Positions 1-9,164 are shown, counted from the first letter of the stretch. The stretch: 34,574 nucleotides of DNA from Nitrososphaeraceae archaeon (GCA_035250975.1 DATFEP010000041.1:1-34574); one strand, 5' to 3'. Numbers and translations: made by a program. The notes: generated by a model not told the origin, from the sequence alone.

Positions 1-1094
1 ATAAACGTTAGATAGGGTTCGATCTTTTTGTAAAGTTCCGCCTTTTCTGTATCCTTCTTTCGCCAGTATGTAGAACCGGCATGACCGATAAACCATTCAG
101 AATAATCGGAATAACCCAAATCAGATATGGTAGTTTTTACAAACCGTCTGAATGTGTGGAATGTTATCTTTCTTCTATTTTCATTATATTCCTCCCTGGA
201 CCCTGCACCAATTCTATCCAAAGTTTTTTGAAATAAAGTTACAATGTAATAATACTGGCTTTGAGGTTTCGATCTTGGCGATCTTGTTAATTTGGTTCCG
301 CTATTATTATTTGTTACATCTTTACGGACTGAAAATAAAAGATCATTGACATTCTTTTCCGGTGTTCTATACTCGTCAATTGATCGCCCTGTCTCTTGGT
401 CTTTTTTACAAACTCGACGGGTCCTATACTTGTAATCTAACCACTTTTTGAATTGTTCAGTCATTTCTTTAGTCAAAAAGACATATCTGTCTACTTTGGT
501 CTTTGTATACTCCCCCCTTATGGTAACCCTTGCAGGCATAGATTCAAAATCCAGATCTTTGATACGGATAGATAGGGCCTCTACTGCTCTCATACCGGTA
601 GAAGCCAAAAACATAACATACGTTTTTAATTTGATATCAGAACAGCCATTCAAAATATTGATAATGTCATGTTTGTCGATTGCCTCTTTGTTTCTCTTGA
701 TATCTTTTGGAAGTCTGATCTTTATCTTGAATTTTCTTGGACTTATATCAATATCATTGTATTCCAGGAAATTCTTCGCAGTAACAATTCTTTGTTTTAG
801 AGTTGTAGTATAGATCTGTGAGTTCTGTAAATAGACACAATAATCACCTAATGTGTCATAGACGTTAAATTTTCCTTTCTTCAATCCATAAACGAAATTA
901 TCAATACTAATGTTAGGACCGTAAAGAGATTCTAAAAACCTTTCAAAATTTAGTAAACGAACATAATATTCATTGGCTGTTTGTGTATTCATAATACTGA
1001 TATTTTTGATGTAACGTTGTAGTGTTTCCTGCCCTGTCTTTATTATTTTTTCCTGTAGGATATTGGTCTTTGGTCCCATTTTTCCTTCCTGCAT
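1..1094 (-). CDS. Tyrosine recombinase / site-specific integrase (3'-truncated by window edge; absent from the ORF track)
   Basis: Manual translation of the minus strand from ATG at 1094 (alternative ATG 1079) is open for 364 codons to the window edge: MQEGKMGPKTNIL...FLASTGMRAVEALSIRIKDLDF...IRGEYTKTKVDRYVFL...ITFHTFRRFVKTTISDLGYSDYSEWFIGHAGSTYWRKK. Contains the R (TGMR), K, HxxR (HTFR), GH and Y catalytic set of tyrosine recombinases. Confidence 0.93.
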   Translation of the reverse strand, partial: MQEGKMGPKTNILQEKIIKTGQETLQRYIKNISIMNTQTANEYYVRLLNFERFLESLYGPNISIDNFVYGLKKGKFNVYDTLGDYCVYLQNSQIYTTTLKQRIVTAKNFLEYNDIDISPRKFKIKIRLPKDIKRNKEAIDKHDIINILNGCSDIKLKTYVMFLASTGMRAVEALSIRIKDLDFESMPARVTIRGEYTKTKVDRYVFLTKEMTEQFKKWLDYKYRTRRVCKKDQETGRSIDEYRTPEKNVNDLLFSVRKDVTNNNSGTKLTRSPRSKPQSQYYYIVTLFQKTLDRIGAGSREEYNENRRKITFHTFRRFVKTTISDLGYSDYSEWFIGHAGSTYWRKKDTEKAELYKKIEPYLTF

Positions 1095-1132
1095 CAGTCT
1101 AAAAACCGTATTCTATCTTATTAATATATTGT

Positions 1133-1159
1133 ATTTCTTATGAAATATGCATAAGCAAT
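1133..1159. repeat. Imperfect inverted repeat (10-bp arms, 7-bp spacer) upstream of the integrase
   Basis: ATTTCTTATG-AAATATG-CATAAGCAAT; 9 of 10 arm positions are complementary. Function unproven in this AT-rich context. Confidence 0.35.
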
Positions 1160-1232
1160 TAACTTATTTTTAGCTATAATGAATATTGCCTTAAGTATTG
1201 AGAGTTAATATTATTCTAGGAAAGAATATTTT

Positions 1233-1823
1233 ATGTGTAGAGATGAAAAATATATGAAAGACATCAAATTATTAAGCAGTAAGAAAGTTTATTCAGGAAA
1301 AATATCTGTTCGAATGGATGAATTTGTGCTGGAAGGAAAAAGAATTCAAAAAGAAGTTGTTGAACATTCTCCTTCTGTTGGTATTATTCCAATTCTCCCA
1401 AATAATGACATATTCTTGATCACTCAATATAGACGTGCTGCAGGAAAGGTTCTATTAGAAATTCCAGCAGGAAAAATTGAAAATGGAGAAAACAAAGAGC
1501 AAGCTGCAAAACGAGAATTATTAGAAGAAATAGGATACTCAGGAAAATTTACTTTTTTGACTCAATGGTATTTAGCACCGGGGTATGACACGGAATTGAT
1601 GTATATTTTCTTGGTAACTAATTTAAAAAAGAGATATCATAAACAATATTTGGACGATGATGAAAATATTAAATTAAAAAAATATTCTTTTCAAACTGCC
1701 ATTGAAAAATGTGTAACAGGTGAAATAGTTGATTGCAAGACAGTTGCTGCATTATTCCTTTATAAAGAATATATCGAATTATTTAATAAAAGAATAAGAA
1801 AATTAAATAACAATCAAAGATGA
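1233..1823 (+). CDS. Nudix hydrolase, ADP-ribose pyrophosphatase-like
   Basis: Nudix box GKIENGENKEQAAKRELLEEIG, preceded by QYRRAAGKVLLEIPAG and followed by LAPG, typical of the NudF/ADPRase subfamily. True start may be ATG 1254. Confidence 0.88.
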   Translation: MCRDEKYMKDIKLLSSKKVYSGKISVRMDEFVLEGKRIQKEVVEHSPSVGIIPILPNNDIFLITQYRRAAGKVLLEIPAGKIENGENKEQAAKRELLEEIGYSGKFTFLTQWYLAPGYDTELMYIFLVTNLKKRYHKQYLDDDENIKLKKYSFQTAIEKCVTGEIVDCKTVAALFLYKEYIELFNKRIRKLNNNQR

Positions 1824-2228
1824 TTCTTTGTAAACTGAGATAATATTCGATGAACAAATTTAGTGTTCAGCATTTCCGTTCTTTTAGGCGTTCTAATAGG
1901 ATTTATTATGAGAATATTCAAGAATTTTGAAACTATAATAATTAAGATAAAAGCGTTTACTTCAGTTAATAGTTTCTCATATTCAAGTAGAATCTTTTTG
2001 TTCTAAAATACTAGAATATTTTTATGGGATGTTTACTACTTATAGCAAGAGAATTTAATCTAACGTACCAAATTATAACAACTATGAACTATTTTTAGAA
2101 TTGAACTTTTGATAGGCTATTGTTTTCAAAACTTCAATCTAAAGTAGGCTTCAAATAGGATCTGTATGAAGACAAAAATAATCTATAACATTCCATAACT
2201 AATCTTGTTCTTTAATTAATCTTATCAT

Positions 2229-2567
2229 TTATGTAGTTAAGGTTAAAATAGCTTGTGCTAGATCTCCTTTTGAATCGGTTAGTGCTTGAATTGCCTTTTC
2301 CTTTGATACATTTGCCTGCTGCATTACTAAGACTATATCTTCATCTTTAAATGACGGTATCTCTCTCTGTTTTTCTTCGATATCCGTTGCTATTATTTGG
2401 AAAATTGTACTATCCTTTCCTTTCATTTCAATTATCTGTGGTTTTATTAAAAATAATTCCTTTGTTTCAGTTTTAATTATTACTTCTTCTATTCCGTCCA
2501 TTTCATTCATTTCTAGACCCATTTTTCCTAGCATTCTACGCATCTCCCTATTTCCACCACGCATCAT
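2229..2567 (-). CDS. nac: Archaeal nascent polypeptide-associated complex protein
   Basis: N-terminal RRMLGKMG..EEVII NAC domain and C-terminal UBA-like EDIVLVMQQANVSKEKAIQAL...GDLAQAIL. Confidence 0.93.
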   Translation of the reverse strand: MMRGGNREMRRMLGKMGLEMNEMDGIEEVIIKTETKELFLIKPQIIEMKGKDSTIFQIIATDIEEKQREIPSFKDEDIVLVMQQANVSKEKAIQALTDSKGDLAQAILTLTT

Positions 2568-2582
2568 TTCTTATTACCTCAT

Positions 2583-3062
2583 TTATCTGGAATTTCTGCT
2601 TTTTATTCCTTCTCTAATCTTTATTGCTACACCGTGCTGAAGTTTGTTCATAAATAAATGTGAGCATATTGACTTTCCAACTGCTAGTACTTTTTTATCT
2701 CTATCAATCACTACGACCTCAGAACCAATATTGATATTGTTTCCACACCACTCTACATGTTTACAAAATAACGATTTTCCTTTAATGATGAACGGTATTG
2801 CTTCTTCTTTGGGTATCACACAATTTTGTTTAAATTCTTTAAATTCCACCATCTTCTCAGCACCAAATATCGTTAAGGCTAAATGACCATCTTTGCGCAA
2901 TGTGGCAAATAATTTAGAATCAATACTAAAATTCTTTATTCGGCCTGTCTTTTTAGAGAATTCACACTGAATTTCTGGAAGCTCATCCCTTACCTCTGTA
3001 TCAAAAATGAGCTTTATATGACCAGTTAATTTTCTTTTGGGATCTAATAATAATGGTTTCAA
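2583..3062 (-). CDS. PUA-domain RNA-binding protein (resembles the C-terminal C2/PUA part of archaeosine tRNA-guanine transglycosylase)
   Basis: SKKTGRIKN...LFATLR.DG followed by a PUA domain (FIIKGKSLFCKHV...GSEVVVID...LAVGKS...GVAIKIREG); TTG start; 15 bp from nac. Confidence 0.8.
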   Translation of the reverse strand: MKPLLLDPKRKLTGHIKLIFDTEVRDELPEIQCEFSKKTGRIKNFSIDSKLFATLRKDGHLALTIFGAEKMVEFKEFKQNCVIPKEEAIPFIIKGKSLFCKHVEWCGNNINIGSEVVVIDRDKKVLAVGKSICSHLFMNKLQHGVAIKIREGIKSRNSR

Positions 3063-3512
3063 TGATTTTGAATATACTTATTTAACAGAATATTTATGTT
3101 TCTTATTTTCTTTTTTTTATAAAGCATTGAAAATAACTTTTTCCATGACGATAAATTTTAGTGTATACAAAAATTGGAAAAGTACACGAAATAACTAAAT
3201 TTAATATTCTAAAGTTATATAGAATATTTTCATATATGATATCTGATTTTGGTACATCAATTATATCCAAATTTTTTGTTATTATATTACTGTCTTTGAT
3301 ATTTACCTTGACTAAGATATGGTAAGACGAGATATGTCAACTGCCAGAATTAGTGATTAGTGTAAGTTAAGTATCTCATATTTCATCATTATATACAAAC
3401 CAGCTTCTTTTACACATAGAAAAATAATAAGATTGCAGGAAAATAATGTCAAACTATATTTACATCTCAAAAAGAAAAAGACTTTATTTCTTGCTCTGTG
3501 TATTGTTGATAT

Positions 3513-3959
3513 ATGTCATCTTTTTGTGAATTATGTGGTAATCCAATACAAGGTCTAAAAACTGTTATTATCGATGGTAGTCTTTTTAATGTATGTTTAT
3601 CTTGTTCTAAACGAGGGAAGGCATATCAACCGCCTACTGCAAAAAAACAAGTTCTAAAACAAACACAAGGTACGCCTTCATTTAAAAAACCTTCCATGAT
3701 TAGGTCTAATAAAATTGATATTTTTGATGAGAGTGTATTGAAACCAGAGTTTGCCAAAATTATACATCAGGCTAGGATGAAAAAAGGTTACACTCAAGAA
3801 TATGTTGCTAACAAGATTAACGAAAAAGTCATCTTATTTAAAAAAATAGAAAGCGGAGGAATTAAACCAGATGAATTATTATGTAAGAAAATAGAACGTT
3901 TTCTGGGTATTCAGTTGTATCAAAGACTAGTTGAAGAAGATGATGAAGATGAAACTTGA
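3513..3959 (+). CDS. mbf1: Archaeal multiprotein-bridging factor 1 (Zn-ribbon + HTH)
   Basis: N-terminal CELCG...CLSC zinc ribbon, linker, C-terminal HTH (IHQARMKKGYTQEYVANKINEK...KIESG.IKPD). Confidence 0.9.
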   Translation: MSSFCELCGNPIQGLKTVIIDGSLFNVCLSCSKRGKAYQPPTAKKQVLKQTQGTPSFKKPSMIRSNKIDIFDESVLKPEFAKIIHQARMKKGYTQEYVANKINEKVILFKKIESGGIKPDELLCKKIERFLGIQLYQRLVEEDDEDET

Positions 3960-5069
3960 ATGAATGTTACTAAGGCAATTTTAATAACGTATCCTACGGA
4001 AGAATCGATCAACGAAGCTTTATCATTAGCTGAAGCAGCTGGTTATAAGGTTGAAAAAATAGTTAAACAGAAACATATAACAAAATCAAAATACGGGATA
4101 GGAAAAGGTAAGGCTCAAGAAGTTAATGACATGCTCAAAGAACTAAAAATAAACGTTATAATCTTTGATGAAGTTTTAAAGCCTAGTCAACAATATAATT
4201 TAGCAAGTTTATGTAAGAAAGATGTTATAGATAGGGAGCGTATCATTTTAGAGATCTTCGAACGCAGGGCAAGTAATTCGGAATCTCGTATTCAGATCAA
4301 ATTAGCTCAATTAAGATATGAAATGATAAGAATCCGTGAAAAAGTTCGACTAGCTAAAATTGGAGAACAACCCGGTTTTTTTGGTCTAGGCAAATACGAT
4401 GCAGATGTTTATATGTTAGATGTCAAATCGCGTATGTCTGTTTTAAAGAAAAAATTAGAGAAAGAAGAGAAAAGGAGAAATTTATATCGAGTTCAAAGGA
4501 ACAAAATAGGTATTCCTATAATTTCATTGGTTGGCTATACTTCAGCTGGTAAGACTACTTTATTTAATACTTTGACCGGAGAATCCAAGATTACTGGACA
4601 GGGAATGTTTACTACATTATCTACATTTACACGTGCTATGAATCTTCGTGAAAACAAAGTATTGGTAACAGATACCGTTGGTTTCGTTAATAAGTTACCT
4701 GCTTATATGATAGATGCTTTTAAATCAACTTTACATGAACTATTATTTTCAGAACTTATATTATTAGTGATAGATATTAGTCAAAAAATAAAGGATGTCA
4801 GAATTAAATTGAATAGTTCTCTTCATATAATGAATGAATTACAGGTTCCCACAGGTAAAATAATTTATTTACTTAATAAAATTGATTTAACTGATCTCAA
4901 TGATGCTTATGATAAATCGATTGATTTAGGGTTATCTAATTCTGAACATATAGTTTTGCCAATTTCATCTACTCATGGACATAATATCAATAAATTAAAA
5001 GATTTAATTGAGACCTTCATATGTGAAAATAAAATTGCTGCGAAAAATAATAGGAAATTTTTCAAATGA
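3960..5069 (+). CDS. hflX: GTPase HflX
   Basis: IGKGK, LKPSQQYNL, DRERIILEIF..RA, QIKLAQLRY N-domain motifs; G1 GYTSAGKTT, G2 FTTL, G3 DTVG, G4 NKID. Confidence 0.95.
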   Translation: MNVTKAILITYPTEESINEALSLAEAAGYKVEKIVKQKHITKSKYGIGKGKAQEVNDMLKELKINVIIFDEVLKPSQQYNLASLCKKDVIDRERIILEIFERRASNSESRIQIKLAQLRYEMIRIREKVRLAKIGEQPGFFGLGKYDADVYMLDVKSRMSVLKKKLEKEEKRRNLYRVQRNKIGIPIISLVGYTSAGKTTLFNTLTGESKITGQGMFTTLSTFTRAMNLRENKVLVTDTVGFVNKLPAYMIDAFKSTLHELLFSELILLVIDISQKIKDVRIKLNSSLHIMNELQVPTGKIIYLLNKIDLTDLNDAYDKSIDLGLSNSEHIVLPISSTHGHNINKLKDLIETFICENKIAAKNNRKFFK

Positions 5070-5599
5070 ATATTGCTATACTTCGTTTAGGACATAGATT
5101 AGTTAGAGATTATCGTACTACAACTCATGTGGCCTTGGTAGCAAGAGCTTTTGGTTGCAGCAAGCTTTACATGACTGATATTGACGATTCAATAAAATCG
5201 ACTTTAGTTGACGTAAATAATAGATGGGGATATAACAAGTTCAATTTCGAAATTGAACTAGTTACTAATTGGAAGAATATTCTAAAGAGATGGAAGGAAA
5301 AGGGCGGAACAGTTCTTCATCTTACCATGTATGGAATAAACATTGACGATGTTATTCCAGCAATAAAAAAGAATACCGATCAAATTCTTATAGTTATAGG
5401 AGCAGAAAAGGTTCCAAGTGAAGTTTATAGAATATCCGATTACAATATTGCCGTAAGCAATCAACCACATTCCGAAATAGCTGCTCTTGCGATAACGTTA
5501 GATAGAATATTTGAAGGAAAACAACTAAAATTCGATTTTGAATCTGCAAAAATGAAGATAATACCCTCATCAACTGGAAAATCTATAGAGAAAATTTAG
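5066..5599 (+). CDS. trm56: tRNA (cytidine(56)-2'-O)-methyltransferase, archaeal SPOUT family
   Basis: LRLGHR..RD.RTTTHVALVARAFG, HLTMYG, VIGAEKVP, NQPHSEIAALA motifs; ATGA overlap with hflX stop. Confidence 0.93.
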   Translation: MNIAILRLGHRLVRDYRTTTHVALVARAFGCSKLYMTDIDDSIKSTLVDVNNRWGYNKFNFEIELVTNWKNILKRWKEKGGTVLHLTMYGINIDDVIPAIKKNTDQILIVIGAEKVPSEVYRISDYNIAVSNQPHSEIAALAITLDRIFEGKQLKFDFESAKMKIIPSSTGKSIEKI

Positions 5600-5824
5600 T
5601 ATATATAACCACATATATATTGATTTTAAATGTAATAAGTAAAAATTCTTTTTAAAAATAACAGTACCGCGTACTAACTATTAATTCTACTTCTACAAAA
5701 TTTTTGAATTTCAAATCTTTTCTTTATAATTTAACCAAAAAATTATCCATTTAATAAACTATAATATTTATACAATAACTTGCCATAGAATTGCAAATCT
5801 ATTGTTTTAAAATACCATTCCACA

Positions 5825-5835
5825 AAAAATATAAG
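5825..5835 (+). promoter_or_regulatory. Putative BRE/TATA box for the sulfite reductase-rhodanese unit
   Basis: AAAAATATAAG about 24-34 nt upstream of TTG 5859, typical archaeal spacing for a leaderless transcript. Confidence 0.4.
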
Positions 5836-5858
5836 GTTTCAAACAACTCAGTAATATA

Positions 5859-7700
5859 TTGAAGACAAAAGATTTCATGAAAATTAAGCAAAAACCAAAG
5901 TCTTTTACTAGACCTGATGAAAAATGGGGTTTAGAAAAGGAAACTGACACTTTTGCTAAGCAAGTTAAATTATATCGTCAAGAAAAATTATCTGACGATG
6001 ATTTTAGAAGATACAGACTTCAACATGGTGCATACGGTTCTAGGTTGCGTCCAGATTACAGTATGATACGTATCAAAGTTCCTGGTGGTGAAATAACTCC
6101 AAACCAACTTGAGAAGATCGCACAATTATCAGAATCTTTTTCTATAGGATCTGCTCATGTTTCAACTAGACAAAATATTCAGCTACATTGGGTACAGTTA
6201 GAAGATGTAAGTGAGGTTATGAGGGGATTAGTTGAAGTTGGTTTGACCACTAGGGAAGCCTGTGGTAACACGGTAAGAAATATTATGTGTAGCCATTTTG
6301 CTGGTGTCTGTTCTGCCGAAATGTTTGATGCTACTCCTTATTCCAAAGCATTAGCAAAGTTCTTTTTACGTAATCCTATATCTCAAAATTTACCACGTAA
6401 ATTCAAAATTAATTTTGGTTGCTGTGATGAACACGGTCTTGTTAGGATAGCAGACATAGGTTTGATTCCTGATATAAAAGATGGAAAAAAAGGATTTCGA
6501 ATATATCTTGGTGGCGGTCTAGGAGCCGCTTCATTTATAGGCCATCTATTGGAAGATTTTACTCCAGAAGACCATCTTCTATCAACATGTATGGCTACTA
6601 TCAGGATATTCGACAGACATGGAAATAGAGAAAACATGGCTAGAAACAGAATGCGATATTTGGTAAATGAAATGGGATGGGAAAAATTTCAAAAATTAAT
6701 CTTGAAGGAAAGAAAAATAATGCAGATGACAATTTCTGAATCTACACGCGATCTTTTTGCAATACAACAATTCAACTATGATTCTTTTCAGACGTCACTT
6801 TCCAAAGTCCCAAAGTTAAATAATAAATTGCCACTTATCAGCGAATCAATTTCCTTAAATAGTTCTGGGTATGATCGCTGGTTACACACAAATACTGTAA
6901 CACAGAAGCAGAAAGGATACTTTACAATATTTGTAACCTTAGGAGCAGGTGATATAACTGCAAATCAACTAAGATCTTTGGCCGTAATCATTCACGACTT
7001 TTCTATTGAAGGTGTTGCAAGAAATACCCCCCAACAAAATTTCGCAATACGATATGTTCATTACAATGATTTATCCAAGGTTTATAAAAAATTAAATAGT
7101 AGTGGATTGGCAAATCCTGGTGCGTTGACAATAACGTCAGCGGTAGGTTGTTCAGGTACTACATCTTGCAATCTGGCAATTACGAATTCTCACAGATTGG
7201 CAAAGGAAGTGCAACGTAATCTTTTAGAGTTAGGTTTTGATATTGATGACAGTCTTCGTACTTCGACAATCAAAATAAGTGGATGTCCTAATTCGTGTGG
7301 ACAACACGAGATTGCAACCATCGGTTTTTTTGGTGGTGCGGCAAGAATAGGTGATACAATGGCACCAGTATATACCATGCTGTTTGGAGGAAGCTCGGGA
7401 GAAGAATCTAAATTGGGGAAAGCCATTATGCGTGTACCTGCCAAAAGAGTCATAGAAGTTATTCAGAAAATAGTGGAATTATATAAACAAGAAAAATCTA
7501 ATGAACCATTGAGCTTGTGGATAGACCATATTTTGGCTGGTAATACAAATGGTACTATAAAAAATATAGAAGATATTAAAACTGCTCTGATTCCAGTAGT
7601 GCAACTTACTCCATCTGAAGAATCTCCTGATTTATATCAGGATTACGGAAATGATATTCAATTTACTGCAAAAACTGCCAGGGGCGAATGCGCCGCTTGA
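5859..7700 (+). CDS. Ferredoxin-dependent nitrite/sulfite reductase (siroheme, 4Fe-4S); most likely assimilatory sulfite reductase
   Basis: MIRIKVPGG, STRQNIQLH, ACGNTVRN, LPRKFK, RNRMRYL motifs; cluster ligands CSGTTSC (Cx5C) and GCPNSC (Cx3C); ends GECAA. Start TTG 5859 or ATG 5877. Confidence 0.9.
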   Translation: MKTKDFMKIKQKPKSFTRPDEKWGLEKETDTFAKQVKLYRQEKLSDDDFRRYRLQHGAYGSRLRPDYSMIRIKVPGGEITPNQLEKIAQLSESFSIGSAHVSTRQNIQLHWVQLEDVSEVMRGLVEVGLTTREACGNTVRNIMCSHFAGVCSAEMFDATPYSKALAKFFLRNPISQNLPRKFKINFGCCDEHGLVRIADIGLIPDIKDGKKGFRIYLGGGLGAASFIGHLLEDFTPEDHLLSTCMATIRIFDRHGNRENMARNRMRYLVNEMGWEKFQKLILKERKIMQMTISESTRDLFAIQQFNYDSFQTSLSKVPKLNNKLPLISESISLNSSGYDRWLHTNTVTQKQKGYFTIFVTLGAGDITANQLRSLAVIIHDFSIEGVARNTPQQNFAIRYVHYNDLSKVYKKLNSSGLANPGALTITSAVGCSGTTSCNLAITNSHRLAKEVQRNLLELGFDIDDSLRTSTIKISGCPNSCGQHEIATIGFFGGAARIGDTMAPVYTMLFGGSSGEESKLGKAIMRVPAKRVIEVIQKIVELYKQEKSNEPLSLWIDHILAGNTNGTIKNIEDIKTALIPVVQLTPSEESPDLYQDYGNDIQFTAKTARGECAA

Positions 7701-8608
7701 AAAAAAGTGTTACAATAAAAGAAAATATTAAAAAAAATACACAAAACCGGTATAAGAGACATGTAATTCCACCAAAAGATTCTGTTACGAAAAGACAAGA
7801 ATTAAAAAAGTCATATTCACCACTTCCAATAATCTGTGATGTAGATATATTAAGAACATTAATCAGAAAAAAATCTGTTAGAGTTGTAGATGTTCGTAGA
7901 TCCGAAGACTATAAGAAAGCACATATTCCCACTGCAGTCTCATTACCTCTTGCAAAAATAATTTCTAATGATGCTCCTGAGCACATCATAAAAATATTGG
8001 AAGATATTGGAGTATCAAATGAAACTCCACTAGTTGTTTATGATGATACTTTTGGAGCTTTAGCTGCAAGAGTAGCATGGACCTTTCAATATGTCGGACA
8101 TGATAATACCTCGCTGCTTGAAATGACTTTTACGAATTGGAAAAATCTTGGTTTAGAAATAGAAAAAAAGAATAATACTTTTCCTAGAAAAGTCCATTCT
8201 CTAAAATTAAATCAGTCTATTCATGCAGATGCGAACTATGTGGAATCTATACAAAAAAATCCTAACAAGATCTTGATAGATTCTAGAGAACGACTAAACT
8301 TTTTAACAGAACATATTCCAAACGCAAAAAATATTCCATATACAATGTTGGGAACCGTTGACAACATTTTGCGACCAGTGCAAGATCTAAAACGTTTTAT
8401 TGAAAATAGGGGAATTGAACCAGATTCTGAAGTGATTACCTACTGTGGAAGTGTAGGTACGTTATCCGGACTAGCATACTATGCATTAAAATTGGCTGGA
8501 GTCAAAAATGTGAAATTATATTCTAAATCATTTAAAGATTGGAAAGCTTTAGGTAAGCCAAAAATAGAATTTAAGGATGCAAATTATTGGGATTTATCAG
8601 CTGAATAA
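7688..8608 (+). CDS. Tandem-domain rhodanese / thiosulfate sulfurtransferase
   Basis: VVDVR...YKKAHIPTAV, VVYDD..AARVAWTF..VGH, second domain IDSR...EHIPNAKN and active-site YCGSVG. An alternative TTG start at 7697 gives a TTGA overlap with the upstream stop. Confidence 0.88.
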   Translation: MRRLKKSVTIKENIKKNTQNRYKRHVIPPKDSVTKRQELKKSYSPLPIICDVDILRTLIRKKSVRVVDVRRSEDYKKAHIPTAVSLPLAKIISNDAPEHIIKILEDIGVSNETPLVVYDDTFGALAARVAWTFQYVGHDNTSLLEMTFTNWKNLGLEIEKKNNTFPRKVHSLKLNQSIHADANYVESIQKNPNKILIDSRERLNFLTEHIPNAKNIPYTMLGTVDNILRPVQDLKRFIENRGIEPDSEVITYCGSVGTLSGLAYYALKLAGVKNVKLYSKSFKDWKALGKPKIEFKDANYWDLSAE

Positions 8609-8771
8609 TATCTAAGGATTTAATTGATCGAGGATGGATTTTATCCTACAATCATGTATAGATCCTTTTTTTTCTGACTCGTGAAAAGTTTAACATATAA
8701 AAAGCTTGATCTATCGGCGAACAGGTTCACCAAATCTTAATTAAAAGTAATTTTTAATCACTTATCATGAA

Positions 8772-9164
8772 TTAAGAAATTGGTATTTCACTACCACTCT
8801 TTTTAAGAGGAATACGTAAAGTAACTATCCCATCTAAATAATTGGCAGTTCCAGTTATTTCCTCGTCTTCAACTGAGAAAGGTAAAATTATTTTCTTATT
8901 TATCTTGGTAGGTCTATGTTTAAAGTAAACTGTACTTGTGCTATCCTCGTTATTGTCTTTTCTATTTGCTTTTATTGAAAGTATATTCTTTGTTATTCTA
9001 AGGTCAATATCCTTTTTATCGAATCCAGGTAAATCAATAATAATCAATAAATCTTTTCCATTATCTAGCATATCTACAGGAGGAAGGACAAATTCGTAAA
9101 ATTCCTTGGATTTATTATTAATTTCTTTCATTACTTCTTTTGCCATGTACATCACCAATCCCAT
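8772..9164 (-). CDS. Small heat-shock protein (Hsp20/alpha-crystallin family)
   Basis: PPVDM...IIIDLPGFDKKDIDL...LSIKANR...ANYLDGIVTLRIP alpha-crystallin signature. Confidence 0.92.
   Translation of the reverse strand: MGLVMYMAKEVMKEINNKSKEFYEFVLPPVDMLDNGKDLLIIIDLPGFDKKDIDLRITKNILSIKANRKDNNEDSTSTVYFKHRPTKINKKIILPFSVEDEEITGTANYLDGIVTLRIPLKKSGSEIPIS

Noticed and set aside
152-813. Plus-strand ORFs 152..349 and 448..813
   Set aside because: Antisense shadows of the minus-strand integrase; no motifs.
1095-1232. tRNA-derived att site next to the integrase
   Set aside because: No tRNA-like sequence or match to the tRNA-Phe 3' half is visible here, so integrase and tRNA-Phe cannot be linked as ends of one element; the DNA between them is core genes.
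1863-2006. 47-aa GTG-start hydrophobic ORF (VFSISVLLGVLIGFIMRIF...) in the Nudix-nac gap
   Set aside because: Hydrophobic short ORFs arise readily in T-rich DNA; no SD, motif or coupling to support it.
3063-3512. Long divergent intergenic region as possible ncRNA or small ORF (29-aa MISDFGTSII...)
   Set aside because: No GC-rich stems, C/D boxes or repeats seen; compatible with two promoters in an AT-rich spacer.
8609-8771. Short hairpins and T-tract between convergent rhodanese and hsp20
   Set aside because: Weak AT-rich pairing; at most ordinary oligo-T termination signals.
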